IMG/VR virus record: IMGVR_UViG_2681813314_000025
Coordinates: 1 to 23,990 of that record
Direction: 5' to 3' (one strand)
Length of the DNA: 23,990 nucleotides
Source of the DNA: a virus
Lineage: Duplodnaviria > Heunggongvirae > Uroviricota > Caudoviricetes
Part shown: piece by piece, positions 8,293 to 17,004 of the stretch
How positions within the stretch are numbered: position 1 is the stretch's first letter
Layout: each line of letters begins with the position of its first letter
Notes under the pieces: generated by a model
The model's database searches: none
Told to the model about the DNA's origin: nothing
Seen by the model: the letters and a program-made list of their open reading frames with translations, nothing else
Program-made: the position numbers and the translations under genes

Positions 8293-9474
8293 ATGAAACT
8301 GACTGAGCTAACTATAAACGGTATCGGGGGGATAAAGTCCCTGTACGTAAAATTTAGGCCTGACATGAATATTATATGTGGGCCTAACGGAGTTGGAAAA
8401 TCCACACTCTTGCTTGCTGCCTCCTTTCCTTTTCTTCATGGATACACTAATAGAATAAAACGCAATGTCACTTCTGAAACAGGAAGTGTTAGTCTAATAA
8501 TAGAAGATAATTCTGTTAACTTTAATTCAGTATTAGATGTTAACGTTCATTTGCCTACAGAAACAATTCACAACTTTAATAATAACGGATTTGATAAGAG
8601 GAAACTAATAAAATTTGAAATATTACGTAACTTTGATTATAAACATCTTGAGGCGTTGAATGCAGATAAATCACTATCCGATGATGCTGTTTCGCAACAG
8701 ATTAATTTAGGTGTCAATTTACATGATATCAAGGATTGGTTTGCTAAGAGGGATTTGTTTGAAAAAGTAGATAATGGTTACGGTCCTAATACGATAAAAA
8801 ATATACATCTTGCAAGGGAGTGTATATCAATTTTAAACCCTCAGTTTTCTTACAATCGCGTCGATCCTAAATCTTACGATATTTTTGTAAATACCCCGAC
8901 CGGGGTAATATGGTATGAATATCTGTCCTCGGGATTCAAATCATGTATGAGTCTCCTTCTCGGTATTATTAAAGAGATCGAGCTTCGTTATCCGGAGAAA
9001 GATATTTACGCCCAAGAATTTGATGGAGTGATTCTTATCGATGAAATTGAGCTTCATTTGCATCCTGAGTGGCAGGCAAGAATCACTGAAGCCCTTACGA
9101 CAACATTTCCATCAGCACAATTTATTGTCACAACTCACAGCCCACATGTAGTACAGAATGCAAAACCACATCAGATCATTGCGTTAGTACCAGATAATGA
9201 TGGCACAGTGAGAGTAAAAGAACTTCCTGAAAATGGCTTGGGTTATTCTGCCTGGACAGTTGAAGAGGTTTTGTTAGATGTAATGGGGATGGAAAGCACT
9301 CTCAGTAGAAAACTACAAGAACTACTTGATAATTTCGAACGTTTTGTTGATGAAGAAAATTTCGACAAGGCGAAAGAAATTTATGATTATTTGGATATGG
9401 CATTGCATCAAAACAGTATTCTTCGTAAATCTCTTAAAATAAGCCTGATGTCAATTCGAGAGAGAGAAGAGTAA
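8293..9474 (+). CDS. ABC/OLD-type (AAA_21-like) ATPase with no fused nuclease domain; PtuA-like
   Basis: Walker A GPNGVGKST near the N-terminus, an ABC-signature-like LSSGFKS, Walker B/D-loop ILIDEIELHLHP, and an H-loop (TTHSP). There is a long insertion between Walker A and B, as in OLD/Gabija/PtuA-class ATPases. ATG at 8293 with AAGGA upstream (the track's GTG at 8272 is less likely). AT-rich. Confidence 0.8.
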   Translation: MKLTELTINGIGGIKSLYVKFRPDMNIICGPNGVGKSTLLLAASFPFLHGYTNRIKRNVTSETGSVSLIIEDNSVNFNSVLDVNVHLPTETIHNFNNNGFDKRKLIKFEILRNFDYKHLEALNADKSLSDDAVSQQINLGVNLHDIKDWFAKRDLFEKVDNGYGPNTIKNIHLARECISILNPQFSYNRVDPKSYDIFVNTPTGVIWYEYLSSGFKSCMSLLLGIIKEIELRYPEKDIYAQEFDGVILIDEIELHLHPEWQARITEALTTTFPSAQFIVTTHSPHVVQNAKPHQIIALVPDNDGTVRVKELPENGLGYSAWTVEEVLLDVMGMESTLSRKLQELLDNFERFVDEENFDKAKEIYDYLDMALHQNSILRKSLKISLMSIREREE

Positions 9475-9475
9475 A

Positions 9476-10222
9476 ATGATTAAGCTTGAACGGAACTTTA
9501 TTCCTGATTTTTTTACTCGTGTTGATCTTCTATCTTTAACTCAGGAGTTTAAAGATAATGGAACATCTGTTTGGCATCATCCGGAAGTAAAATCGGCATG
9601 TCTAAAATTAAGTAATGGCAAATGTGCATTTTGTGAGGTCAAGCTTGAAGAGGCTAGCACCTATAATGAAATTGAGCATTTTAAGGATAAAAAAAATTTC
9701 CCTGATGATGTTATTAGATGGGAAAATCTCCTTCCTTCATGCCGTCACTGTAATGGTTCAAAACAACGCCATAATGTTGTACTCAATCCTATAATAAATC
9801 CATGCAACGATTTACCGTCAGAACACCTTTATATGATAGGGTATCGTATTAAAGGTAAAACTGATTTAGGTAAAACAACAGTGGATGTTTTAAACTTTAA
9901 TCACAGGGAGCACAAGTTTATACCGCGTTGTAAAGCAGGGGAACTTATAGATAGCAGTATTGATGACGCAATAGAAAAACTTAATTGGTTTAATGAGAAT
10001 CCAAGTACTAGACGTAAAAACATTCTTATGAATCTAGTCGAGGCAATATTAGGTGAGTGTCAGAAAACATCTCCCTTTTCTGCAGTATCAGCAACAATGC
10101 TTCATCGTTCAGTCGAATATTCTTATCTGAAAGAAACCATGCAGATGCAAGGATTATGGTCAGATTATATGCAGGAACTTCATGATGAATCTTTGAGCCT
10201 GACGTTACCGTCAATTCGCTAG
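9476..10222 (+). CDS. HNH endonuclease (PtuB-like)
   Basis: Classic zinc-coordinated HNH finger: CAFCE..(12)..EIEHF ... WENLLPSCRHCNGSK. The start is 1 nt after the ATPase stop, so the two are translationally coupled. Confidence 0.8.
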   Translation: MIKLERNFIPDFFTRVDLLSLTQEFKDNGTSVWHHPEVKSACLKLSNGKCAFCEVKLEEASTYNEIEHFKDKKNFPDDVIRWENLLPSCRHCNGSKQRHNVVLNPIINPCNDLPSEHLYMIGYRIKGKTDLGKTTVDVLNFNHREHKFIPRCKAGELIDSSIDDAIEKLNWFNENPSTRRKNILMNLVEAILGECQKTSPFSAVSATMLHRSVEYSYLKETMQMQGLWSDYMQELHDESLSLTLPSIR

Positions 10223-10248
10223 TTAATACAGTTTTGCCCATAAAAGCT

Positions 10249-10285
10249 AAACGTTCAGATATTCTTGGCTGAACGTTTGATTTTA
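10249..10285 (+). terminator. Rho-independent terminator (10-bp perfect stem AAACGTTCAG/CTGAACGTTT, 10-nt loop, T-rich tail)
   Basis: Perfect inverted repeat 27 nt downstream of the HNH stop, followed by GATTTTAT. Confidence 0.6.
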
Positions 10286-10567
10286 TGAAGACGATAAGCA
10301 GATTGGGCCCGAGTGAGTATCTCGGGAAAATAAACCATTTACATACTATGTTTAACGTTCAAAGCACACCTCAAGCTTTCTTAGTTCTTCTGCTTCGATA
10401 TATAAACGGTCATTTGGTTACGAACATTCACTTCTCCCCTAAGTGCATGGCTATGCTGCATGAGATCGCATGACCGTTTGAGGAGCGTTGTAACGCAGGC
10501 GTGCCAGTTGTGACGGACTTTTTCGTATGTTATGCACCTGCATGAAAACCATTGCACAAAGCGGGCA

Positions 10568-10586
10568 GGCGTGGCGGGGATACGAG
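10568..10586. other. Candidate cos site (cohesive-end region) of the P2/186-type phage
   Basis: GGCGTGGCGGGGA matches the first 13 nt of the 186 cohesive end as I recall it (GGCGTGGCGGGGAAAGCAT; P2 is GGCGAGGCGGGGAAAGCAC). It lies in a non-coding stretch between the right-end cargo and the portal side, where cos is expected. Confidence 0.45.
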
Positions 10587-10696
10587 CGCGCGCTCATGGT
10601 TGAATTAATGAAATTATGGTGTTAAATAGGCTAGCTTTTTAAGTCGTGAATATTCAATTTTTCAACTCATTTTTTTCATAGGGAGGAGTAATTGAC

Positions 10697-11395
10697 ATGG
10701 TTATGTTAGTGGATGACTGTCCACGATGTGGATCACAAAAAATAGCGTTTGATGTTAATGGGCTGAATTGCACTAGGGTTTACAATGCATTGGGCGGGGG
10801 TAAAACATACGAGTACGAGGTCTATTGTGTTTGCCGAGAGTGTCATAAAACGACAATGTTTCTTTGCAGACCTTTAACGAAAAATAAAACTTTAGATGGC
10901 TATAATTGGGAAAGTGGAATATTCGGCTTAAAGGAAGTTGCAGAGGTTGTTAGGCCTATATCACCGGCAGACTTAGCAGTAGAGGAGCCACCAGAGTTCT
11001 TACCTGAGCATATCAATAGTGCATATGAGGAAGGGGCGAAATGTTTGGCTATAGGTTGTTATAATGCAGCAGCAACCATGTTTAGGCTTTGCCTTGATTA
11101 TGCCACAAAAGGACTTCTTCCTGATGGGGAGCAAGGGCCTGCGCAAAAAATAAGGAGAAGCCTAGGGTTAAGAATGGAGTGGTTATTTGATAATCATCTA
11201 CTGCCTGAAGCTTTAAGGGAACTAGCTGAATGCGTTAAAGATGACGGAAATGATGGAGCGCATGAAGGTATTTTGGATAAAGCTGCTGCTGAGGATCTTG
11301 AAGATTTTACCTATCTTTTTTTAGAACGGCTTTACACTGAACCTCAACGCCTTATCGAAGCCAAGACAAGGCGTGAACAAAGAAGAAACAAATAA
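10697..11395 (+). CDS. Zinc-ribbon protein with a DUF4145-like C-terminal helical domain (232 aa); cargo gene of unknown function
   Basis: N-terminal CPRCGS ... CVCRECH cysteine cluster. The C-terminal region has the R...L / GNDGAHE pattern I associate with DUF4145. Strong RBS AGGGAGGAG. It lies between candidate cos and the portal gene, converging on the portal stop with only 8 bp between stops. Confidence 0.65.
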   Translation: MVMLVDDCPRCGSQKIAFDVNGLNCTRVYNALGGGKTYEYEVYCVCRECHKTTMFLCRPLTKNKTLDGYNWESGIFGLKEVAEVVRPISPADLAVEEPPEFLPEHINSAYEEGAKCLAIGCYNAAATMFRLCLDYATKGLLPDGEQGPAQKIRRSLGLRMEWLFDNHLLPEALRELAECVKDDGNDGAHEGILDKAAAEDLEDFTYLFLERLYTEPQRLIEAKTRREQRRNK

Positions 11396-11403
11396 GTTCG
11401 GAA

Positions 11404-12441
11404 TTATTCTTCTGAAAGAATATAGGGCGTAAATTTAATCACTTCTTCGCCCAGCCAGTCGTTCAGCTCTTGTAGCCTTTTTTGCAAGGGCGTTAATTCA
11501 TTACGTACAAATACGCGACTGGCCTTCTCCACATCCCCAAACCCCCCGACATTATTAGGCATTATCCCCATCATTTGTGGCGGCACACGATGCGCCGCCA
11601 TCATGTCGTCCCGGCTCACGTTCTTGATATTCAGGAACTCATCCTTCGCCGCCACTTCTGACAACGGGATAATCTGAAGCCCGTCCTTTTTACCGTTAGG
11701 CGAGTACATAAACAGGTTACGGAAGTTACCAGGACCTTTGGCGCTTTTCATCGCATTGCGGAGGTTGTTCACATCCTCCTGGTTCTGCGCTGCATCGGTC
11801 ATGTACATGATGAAGCCTGCATGACTGCCGTTAATGTAATACTTGCGGCGGAACAGCGTGGCGGACTCGTTGAGCAGAGCTGACGGAATGGCAGAAAGAT
11901 AACCAGGCAGGCCGTAGATCTCCTGGTTGATGTCCGGTTCCATCAGATGAAAAATGTTGCCTTTCGTGAACTGATACGGCTGTGTAGTCATGCCGTATTG
12001 CACAAACCAGTAGGTATCAAGGTCTAACCCGCGTCGGGTGTATTTTGCCAGTGCAGGCTCAAGGGCGATAACTTCACCGAAGCGGTTCGTGCGTTTCTCC
12101 AGGTAGGCGTTACCAAAAACCAGATAGTCCTGTACAAAACGCGAAAAAGCCTGCTGGCTGAGCAGCGGGTGAGGGATGTAGGTGCTGGTCAGAATGTTGC
12201 ACTTCACTGCAATCGGTGAGCTGTGATGCACGGCGGCGCGGAAGGTTCGCGCCAGTCCGTCGAAACTCACAGGCGGCTCGTACCAACGATCCATCTGTAC
12301 GCATTCCACATAGTCCAGCAGTTCGCGGCGGTCCAGAACAGGAACGGGATCACCGAAGCTGAATGCTTCGGCTGAAGTCTGGCTTTTATGCTGGATCTGT
12401 TTCGTCGACGCAGCGCGGTTCTTCTTACTCTTTCCCATCAA
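11404..12441 (-). CDS. Phage portal protein (P2 gpQ family)
   Basis: 345 aa (P2 Q is ~344 aa), immediately downstream of and 4-nt-overlapped by the terminase gene on the same strand, adjacent to cos. Confidence 0.9.
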   Translation of the reverse strand: MMGKSKKNRAASTKQIQHKSQTSAEAFSFGDPVPVLDRRELLDYVECVQMDRWYEPPVSFDGLARTFRAAVHHSSPIAVKCNILTSTYIPHPLLSQQAFSRFVQDYLVFGNAYLEKRTNRFGEVIALEPALAKYTRRGLDLDTYWFVQYGMTTQPYQFTKGNIFHLMEPDINQEIYGLPGYLSAIPSALLNESATLFRRKYYINGSHAGFIMYMTDAAQNQEDVNNLRNAMKSAKGPGNFRNLFMYSPNGKKDGLQIIPLSEVAAKDEFLNIKNVSRDDMMAAHRVPPQMMGIMPNNVGGFGDVEKASRVFVRNELTPLQKRLQELNDWLGEEVIKFTPYILSEE

Positions 12442-14204
12442 AAAATCTCCACAATATTGCTGGTATTGGCGGACTCGCCCTGCAGCGGTTCGTTAAACAG
12501 TGCGTGCATTGTTGCCCAGGCCAGATCGGCATGGCTGGCTTCTTCGCTGCGGCTGGCTTCATAGGTCGGGCGGTTGCCACTGGCAGTGGTAGCGCGACGG
12601 ATTGCCATAAATGACTGCGCAATGTCGGTGTGCCCGGCGTCAAACTCCAGACGGCGGTGGCTGATAATGTCGTAGGCCTTGAGTACCAGGGCGTTTTTAA
12701 CGTTGGGGTTATAGACAAACTCCCTGACGGCAGGAAAAAACGCTTTCACGTTCTCGTAAACCCCGTGACCGACGCCGGTCGAGTCGATACCGATATAGGT
12801 CACGTTATACTGTTCGGTCAGTTTTTTGATGGCGTCAGCCTGGGCGCGGAAGTCCATCCCGCGCCACTGGTGACGCTCAAGAATGCGGAACTTACCACCC
12901 GGCACGGCTGGCGGAGCCACCACCACGCATCCGGCACTGTCGCCGTTCTGCGTACCTTTTGCCGGGTCATAACCGATCCACACTTCGCGCCAGCCAAACG
13001 GGCGCAGGGCCAGTGCATGAAAGTCGGTCCAGACTTCCCAGCTGTCCACCATGCACGCCTGCAGTTCGCTGAGCGGGAACACGGACGCGAGATCGTCCAC
13101 GAACTCGCACATCAGCAGGTTCTGGTATTCGTCCGGGCTGTACTCCATGCGCAGCTGGTCGAGGTCGAACAGGTTACAGCCGCCGCGCACCGCATCTTCC
13201 ACGGTGACTATCTGGCGGTATTGCCCGTCTGCGCACAGTAGGCCGGGGGCCAGATTGCTGTGGGACAGGTCGATGTCCACCTTGTCAGCTTTGTTGCGTC
13301 CACGGTTGAACAGCGCACCGGACCAGAACGGATAAGCACTGTGGGTCAGGCTGGATGGCGTGGAAAAATAGGTTTGTCGCCATTTCTTGTGAATAGCCAT
13401 ACCGGAAGCCACTTTGCGCAACTCCTGGAATTTCGGTATCCAGAAATATTCATCCAGATACAGGTTGCCGTGGTAACTCTGCGCCGTGCGGGCATTGGTG
13501 CCGAGGAAGTAAAGCGTGGCCCCGTTAGGAAGCACCATCGGATCGCCTTTCAGCTCCACCTCGACTTCTTTGGCGAAGTCGATGATGTACTGCTTAAAGA
13601 CGTGAGCCTGTGCCTTACTGGCAGAAAGGAAAATCTGGTTACGTCCGGTAAGCAGGGCGTCAATCAGGGCTTCACGGGCAAAGTAAAAGGTCGCGCCGAT
13701 CTGGCGTGACTTCAGCAGGTTGCGGATGCGGTTGGTTTTTCCGGCTTCCCACCAGTGGCGCTGGTAGTTGAACATGGAGGAATGGAAGATTTCTTCCAGT
13801 TTCTCTATCTGTTCATCGGTGAAAACATTCTTTTCCGGCTGACGGCGCGGGCCTTTGTTGCGGTTGGCGACGTTAGGGTTTAAGTCGGCTTCGTTGCCGC
13901 CATTGTTAAACTTGCCGATCCGCGCGTGGCGCTCCGACTGGCGCGCCAGCAGGTCAATTTCTTTGAAATCTTTCCCTTCTTTGTGCTCCTTCATAATGAG
14001 CTGGCAGTAACGTGCGGCGGTGGTGAGCTGCATCTGATCCAGCGGCCCATAGTCACCCCACTTGTCGCGTTTCTTCCAGCTGTGAACGGTTGCAACTTTC
14101 TCGCCCAGCATTTCAGCAATGCGGGCTACGCGGTATCCCTGAAAGTACAGCAGCATGGCCTGCCGACGGGGATCGAGATCTGCGGGTGTCAGTGTGGTGT
14201 TCAT
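12438..14204 (-). CDS. Terminase large (ATPase) subunit (P2 gpP family)
   Basis: 588 aa (P2 P is ~590 aa), divergent from the scaffold/capsid operon, in the conserved P2 position. Confidence 0.9.
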   Translation of the reverse strand: MNTTLTPADLDPRRQAMLLYFQGYRVARIAEMLGEKVATVHSWKKRDKWGDYGPLDQMQLTTAARYCQLIMKEHKEGKDFKEIDLLARQSERHARIGKFNNGGNEADLNPNVANRNKGPRRQPEKNVFTDEQIEKLEEIFHSSMFNYQRHWWEAGKTNRIRNLLKSRQIGATFYFAREALIDALLTGRNQIFLSASKAQAHVFKQYIIDFAKEVEVELKGDPMVLPNGATLYFLGTNARTAQSYHGNLYLDEYFWIPKFQELRKVASGMAIHKKWRQTYFSTPSSLTHSAYPFWSGALFNRGRNKADKVDIDLSHSNLAPGLLCADGQYRQIVTVEDAVRGGCNLFDLDQLRMEYSPDEYQNLLMCEFVDDLASVFPLSELQACMVDSWEVWTDFHALALRPFGWREVWIGYDPAKGTQNGDSAGCVVVAPPAVPGGKFRILERHQWRGMDFRAQADAIKKLTEQYNVTYIGIDSTGVGHGVYENVKAFFPAVREFVYNPNVKNALVLKAYDIISHRRLEFDAGHTDIAQSFMAIRRATTASGNRPTYEASRSEEASHADLAWATMHALFNEPLQGESANTSNIVEIF

Positions 14205-14250
14205 GGCACAAACCTACAGCCTTGAATGAAGGCTTTCCCCGCCTGCGGTT

Positions 14251-14268
14251 TGTGTGGTTGTCGGTACA
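14251..14268. promoter_or_regulatory. Candidate Ogr/B-type late-activator site (TGT-N12-ACA) in the divergent terminase/scaffold promoter region
   Basis: TGTGTGGTTGTCGGTACA, centred about 55 nt upstream of a plausible transcription start for the scaffold gene (ATG 14347). Confidence 0.4.
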
Positions 14269-14346
14269 AATACCGCGCATTGTTTCACTGCCCCCATCAC
14301 CGCAACCATAAGGCTCCAGTAAGTTATTTCTAACGGAGCACGGCTC

Positions 14347-15180
14347 ATGACAGTGAAAGCAAAGCGTTTTCGCATCGGGGTGGAAGGTGCCACCACCGAC
14401 GGACGCGAAATCCAGCGTGAATGGCTGGAACAGATGGCAGCCAGCTACAACCCGGCGGTGTATACCGCGCTGATTAACCTTGAGCACATCAAGTCTTATC
14501 TCCCGGACAGCACCTTTAACCGTTACGGCAAGGTGACGGCGCTGTTTGCTGAAGAAATCACGGAAGGCCCGCTGGCAGGCAAGATGGCGCTGTATGCCGA
14601 CGTTGAGCCAACGGAGTCCCTGGTGGAATTGGTGAAAAAAGGCCAGAAATTATTCACCTCTATGGAAGTCAGCCCGAAGTTCGCTGATACGGGCAAAGCC
14701 TACCTGGTCGGCCTGGCTGCCACTGATGACCCTGCCAGTTTGGGTACGGAAATGCTGACATTCAGCGCCAGTGCAGCCCATAACCCGCTGGCAAACCGCA
14801 AGCAGAATCCCGCCAATCTCTTTACCGCCGCAGAGGAAACGGTGATCGAACTGGAAGAAATCCAGGAGGACAAACCGTCCCTGTTTGCCCGTGTCACGGC
14901 GCTGTTTACCAAAAAAGAGCAGTCCGACGATGCCCGGTTCTCTGATGTGCATAAGGCCGTGGAGCTGGTCGCCACTGAGCAGCAAAACCTGAGCGCACGC
15001 ACCGAAAAATCCCTGTCTGAGCAGGAAGAACGTCTGTCTGAGCTGGAGACTGCCCTGCAGGCACAGCAGACCGCCTTTAACGAACTGGTGGACAAGCTGA
15101 GTCATGAAGACAGCCGCCAGGACTACCGCCAGCGTGCAACAGGCGGTAACGCCCCCGCTGACACTCTGACCAATTGCTGA
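14347..15180 (+). CDS. Capsid scaffolding protein (P2 gpO family)
   Basis: 277 aa with an acidic coiled-coil C-terminus; first gene of the rightward late operon, directly upstream of the major capsid gene. Confidence 0.85.
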   Translation: MTVKAKRFRIGVEGATTDGREIQREWLEQMAASYNPAVYTALINLEHIKSYLPDSTFNRYGKVTALFAEEITEGPLAGKMALYADVEPTESLVELVKKGQKLFTSMEVSPKFADTGKAYLVGLAATDDPASLGTEMLTFSASAAHNPLANRKQNPANLFTAAEETVIELEEIQEDKPSLFARVTALFTKKEQSDDARFSDVHKAVELVATEQQNLSARTEKSLSEQEERLSELETALQAQQTAFNELVDKLSHEDSRQDYRQRATGGNAPADTLTNC

Positions 15181-15196
15181 TGGAGCACAAAACCCG

Positions 15197-16255
15197 ATGA
15201 AGAAGAATACCCGCTTTGCTTTTAACGCTTACCTGCAGCAGCTGGCGCGTCTGAACGGTGTGGCAGTTGAAGAACTGTCCAGCAAGTTCACCGTAGAGCC
15301 GTCCGTGCAGCAGACGCTGGAAGACCAGATCCAGCAGTCCGCCTCTTTCCTGACGCTGATTAACGTCACGCCAGTGACTGAGCAGTCTGGTCAGTTGCTG
15401 GGGCTGGGTGTTGGCAGCACCATTGCCGGAACCACTGATACCACCGCGAAAGAGCGAGAACCTGTCGATCCGACGCTGATGGTCGATGTGGAATACAAAT
15501 GCGAACAGACCAACTTTGACACGGTGCTGACCTACGCGAAGCTGGACCTGTGGGCGAAGTTTCAGGATTTCCAGGTGCGTATCCGTAACGCCATCGTGAA
15601 ACGTCAGGCACTGGACCGCATCATGATCGGCTTTAACGGCGTGAAGCGTGCGAAAACCTCCAACCGTAGCGAAAACCCGCTGCTGCAGGATGTGAACAAA
15701 GGCTGGCTGCAGAAAATCCGTGAGGATGCACCGGATCACGTCATGGGCAGCACCACCACGGGCGGTGAAACCACACCGGGCGCGGTGAAAGTCGGGAAAG
15801 GTGGCGAATATGCCAACCTGGACGCCGTAGTGATGGATGCCGTCAATGAGCTTATCGACGTGGTCTACCAGGACGATGACGATCTGGTGGTGATTTGCGG
15901 TCGTGAACTGCTGTCTGACAAGTATTTCCCGCTGGTCAACAAAGAGCAGGAAAACAGTGAAAAACTGGCTGCCGATATGATCATCAGTCAGAAACGCATG
16001 GGTGGCCTGCAGGCGGTGCGTGCGCCGTTCTTCCCGCCGAATGCGCTGCTGATCACCCGTCTGGATAACCTGTCCATCTACTGGCAGGAAGATACCCGCC
16101 GCCGTTCAGTTATCGACAACCCGAAACGTGACCGGATTGAAAATTTTGAATCCGTTAACGAAGCCTATGTGGTTGAGGACTATCGCTGCGCTGCACTGGT
16201 GGAAAACATCCAGATTGGTGACTTCAGCGCCGCCGCAGCAGAAACCGGAGCGTAA
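15197..16255 (+). CDS. Major capsid protein (P2 gpN family)
   Basis: 352 aa (P2 N is ~357 aa), in the conserved position between scaffold and small terminase. Confidence 0.9.
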   Translation: MKKNTRFAFNAYLQQLARLNGVAVEELSSKFTVEPSVQQTLEDQIQQSASFLTLINVTPVTEQSGQLLGLGVGSTIAGTTDTTAKEREPVDPTLMVDVEYKCEQTNFDTVLTYAKLDLWAKFQDFQVRIRNAIVKRQALDRIMIGFNGVKRAKTSNRSENPLLQDVNKGWLQKIREDAPDHVMGSTTTGGETTPGAVKVGKGGEYANLDAVVMDAVNELIDVVYQDDDDLVVICGRELLSDKYFPLVNKEQENSEKLAADMIISQKRMGGLQAVRAPFFPPNALLITRLDNLSIYWQEDTRRRSVIDNPKRDRIENFESVNEAYVVEDYRCAALVENIQIGDFSAAAAETGA

Positions 16256-16258
16256 TTC

Positions 16259-16909
16259 ATGAGCCTGAGTCCCGCACGGCAGCATCGCCTGCGCGTTCAG
16301 GCTGAACAGGCCGCTCGCGAGGGTGGCAGTGTTCGCCACGCGTCGGGCTATGACCTGATGCTGCTGCAACTGGCGGAAGACCGCCGCCGTCTCAAGGGCG
16401 TTCAGTCCACGGTCAAAAAAGCGGAAATCAAGGTGGAGCTGCTGCCGAAATATGCCGCCTGGGCGGAGGGCGTTCTGGCTGCCGGAGGCGCTCAACAGGA
16501 TGACGTGCTGATGTACGTGATGCTGTGGCGCATTGATGCCGGAGATTATGCAGGGGCGCTGGAGATCGGGCGTCATGCCCTGCGTCATGGCTGGGTGATG
16601 CCGCTGGGTAACCGCAACGTGCAGACCGTGCTGGCAGAGGAAATGGCAGACGCGGCGCAGAGCGCAATGCTTGCCGCCACCGGCTTTGATGCCGATCTGT
16701 TGCTGCAGACGCTGGAGCTGGCAGACGGTCTGGATATGCCGGACCAGTCACGGGCGCGTCTGCATAAAGCGATTGGCGCTGTCCTGAGTGAAAGCAACCC
16801 GGCTTCCGCCCTTAATCATCTCAACCATGCGTTACAGCTCGATCCTCGCTGTGGCGTGAAAAAAGACAAACAGCAGCTGGAGCGCAGACTGCGCAATGAC
16901 AGCCGCTGA
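16259..16909 (+). CDS. Terminase small/endonuclease subunit (P2 gpM family)
   Basis: 216 aa, directly after the capsid gene. Confidence 0.8.
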   Translation: MSLSPARQHRLRVQAEQAAREGGSVRHASGYDLMLLQLAEDRRRLKGVQSTVKKAEIKVELLPKYAAWAEGVLAAGGAQQDDVLMYVMLWRIDAGDYAGALEIGRHALRHGWVMPLGNRNVQTVLAEEMADAAQSAMLAATGFDADLLLQTLELADGLDMPDQSRARLHKAIGAVLSESNPASALNHLNHALQLDPRCGVKKDKQQLERRLRNDSR

Positions 16910-17004
16910 CAGAACGTGCCCCCGCGCACGGGCGGCACGGGGTGGCGAAAGGCACTGCCACATCAAAACCCCGTCCACCGCCCTCTATTTCAGGAGAAAG
17001 CAGC

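Noticed and set aside
8058-10222. Interpreting the ATPase-HNH pair as a P2 Old homologue or as Gabija
   Set aside because: Old and GajA fuse the ATPase to a TOPRIM nuclease in one polypeptide and Gabija adds a UvrD-like helicase; here the ATPase has no TOPRIM segment and the partner is an HNH nuclease.
10285-10473. 62-aa ORF between the terminator and the candidate cos site
   Set aside because: No convincing RBS, it begins within the terminator tail, and it lies in the region expected to be the non-coding cos flank; treated as non-coding.
16910-16960. GC-rich inverted repeat after the small terminase gene as a possible terminator
   Set aside because: A short stem (CGTGCC/GGCACG) with no following U tract, and the downstream gene L must be co-transcribed in the late operon, so a strong terminator here is unlikely.
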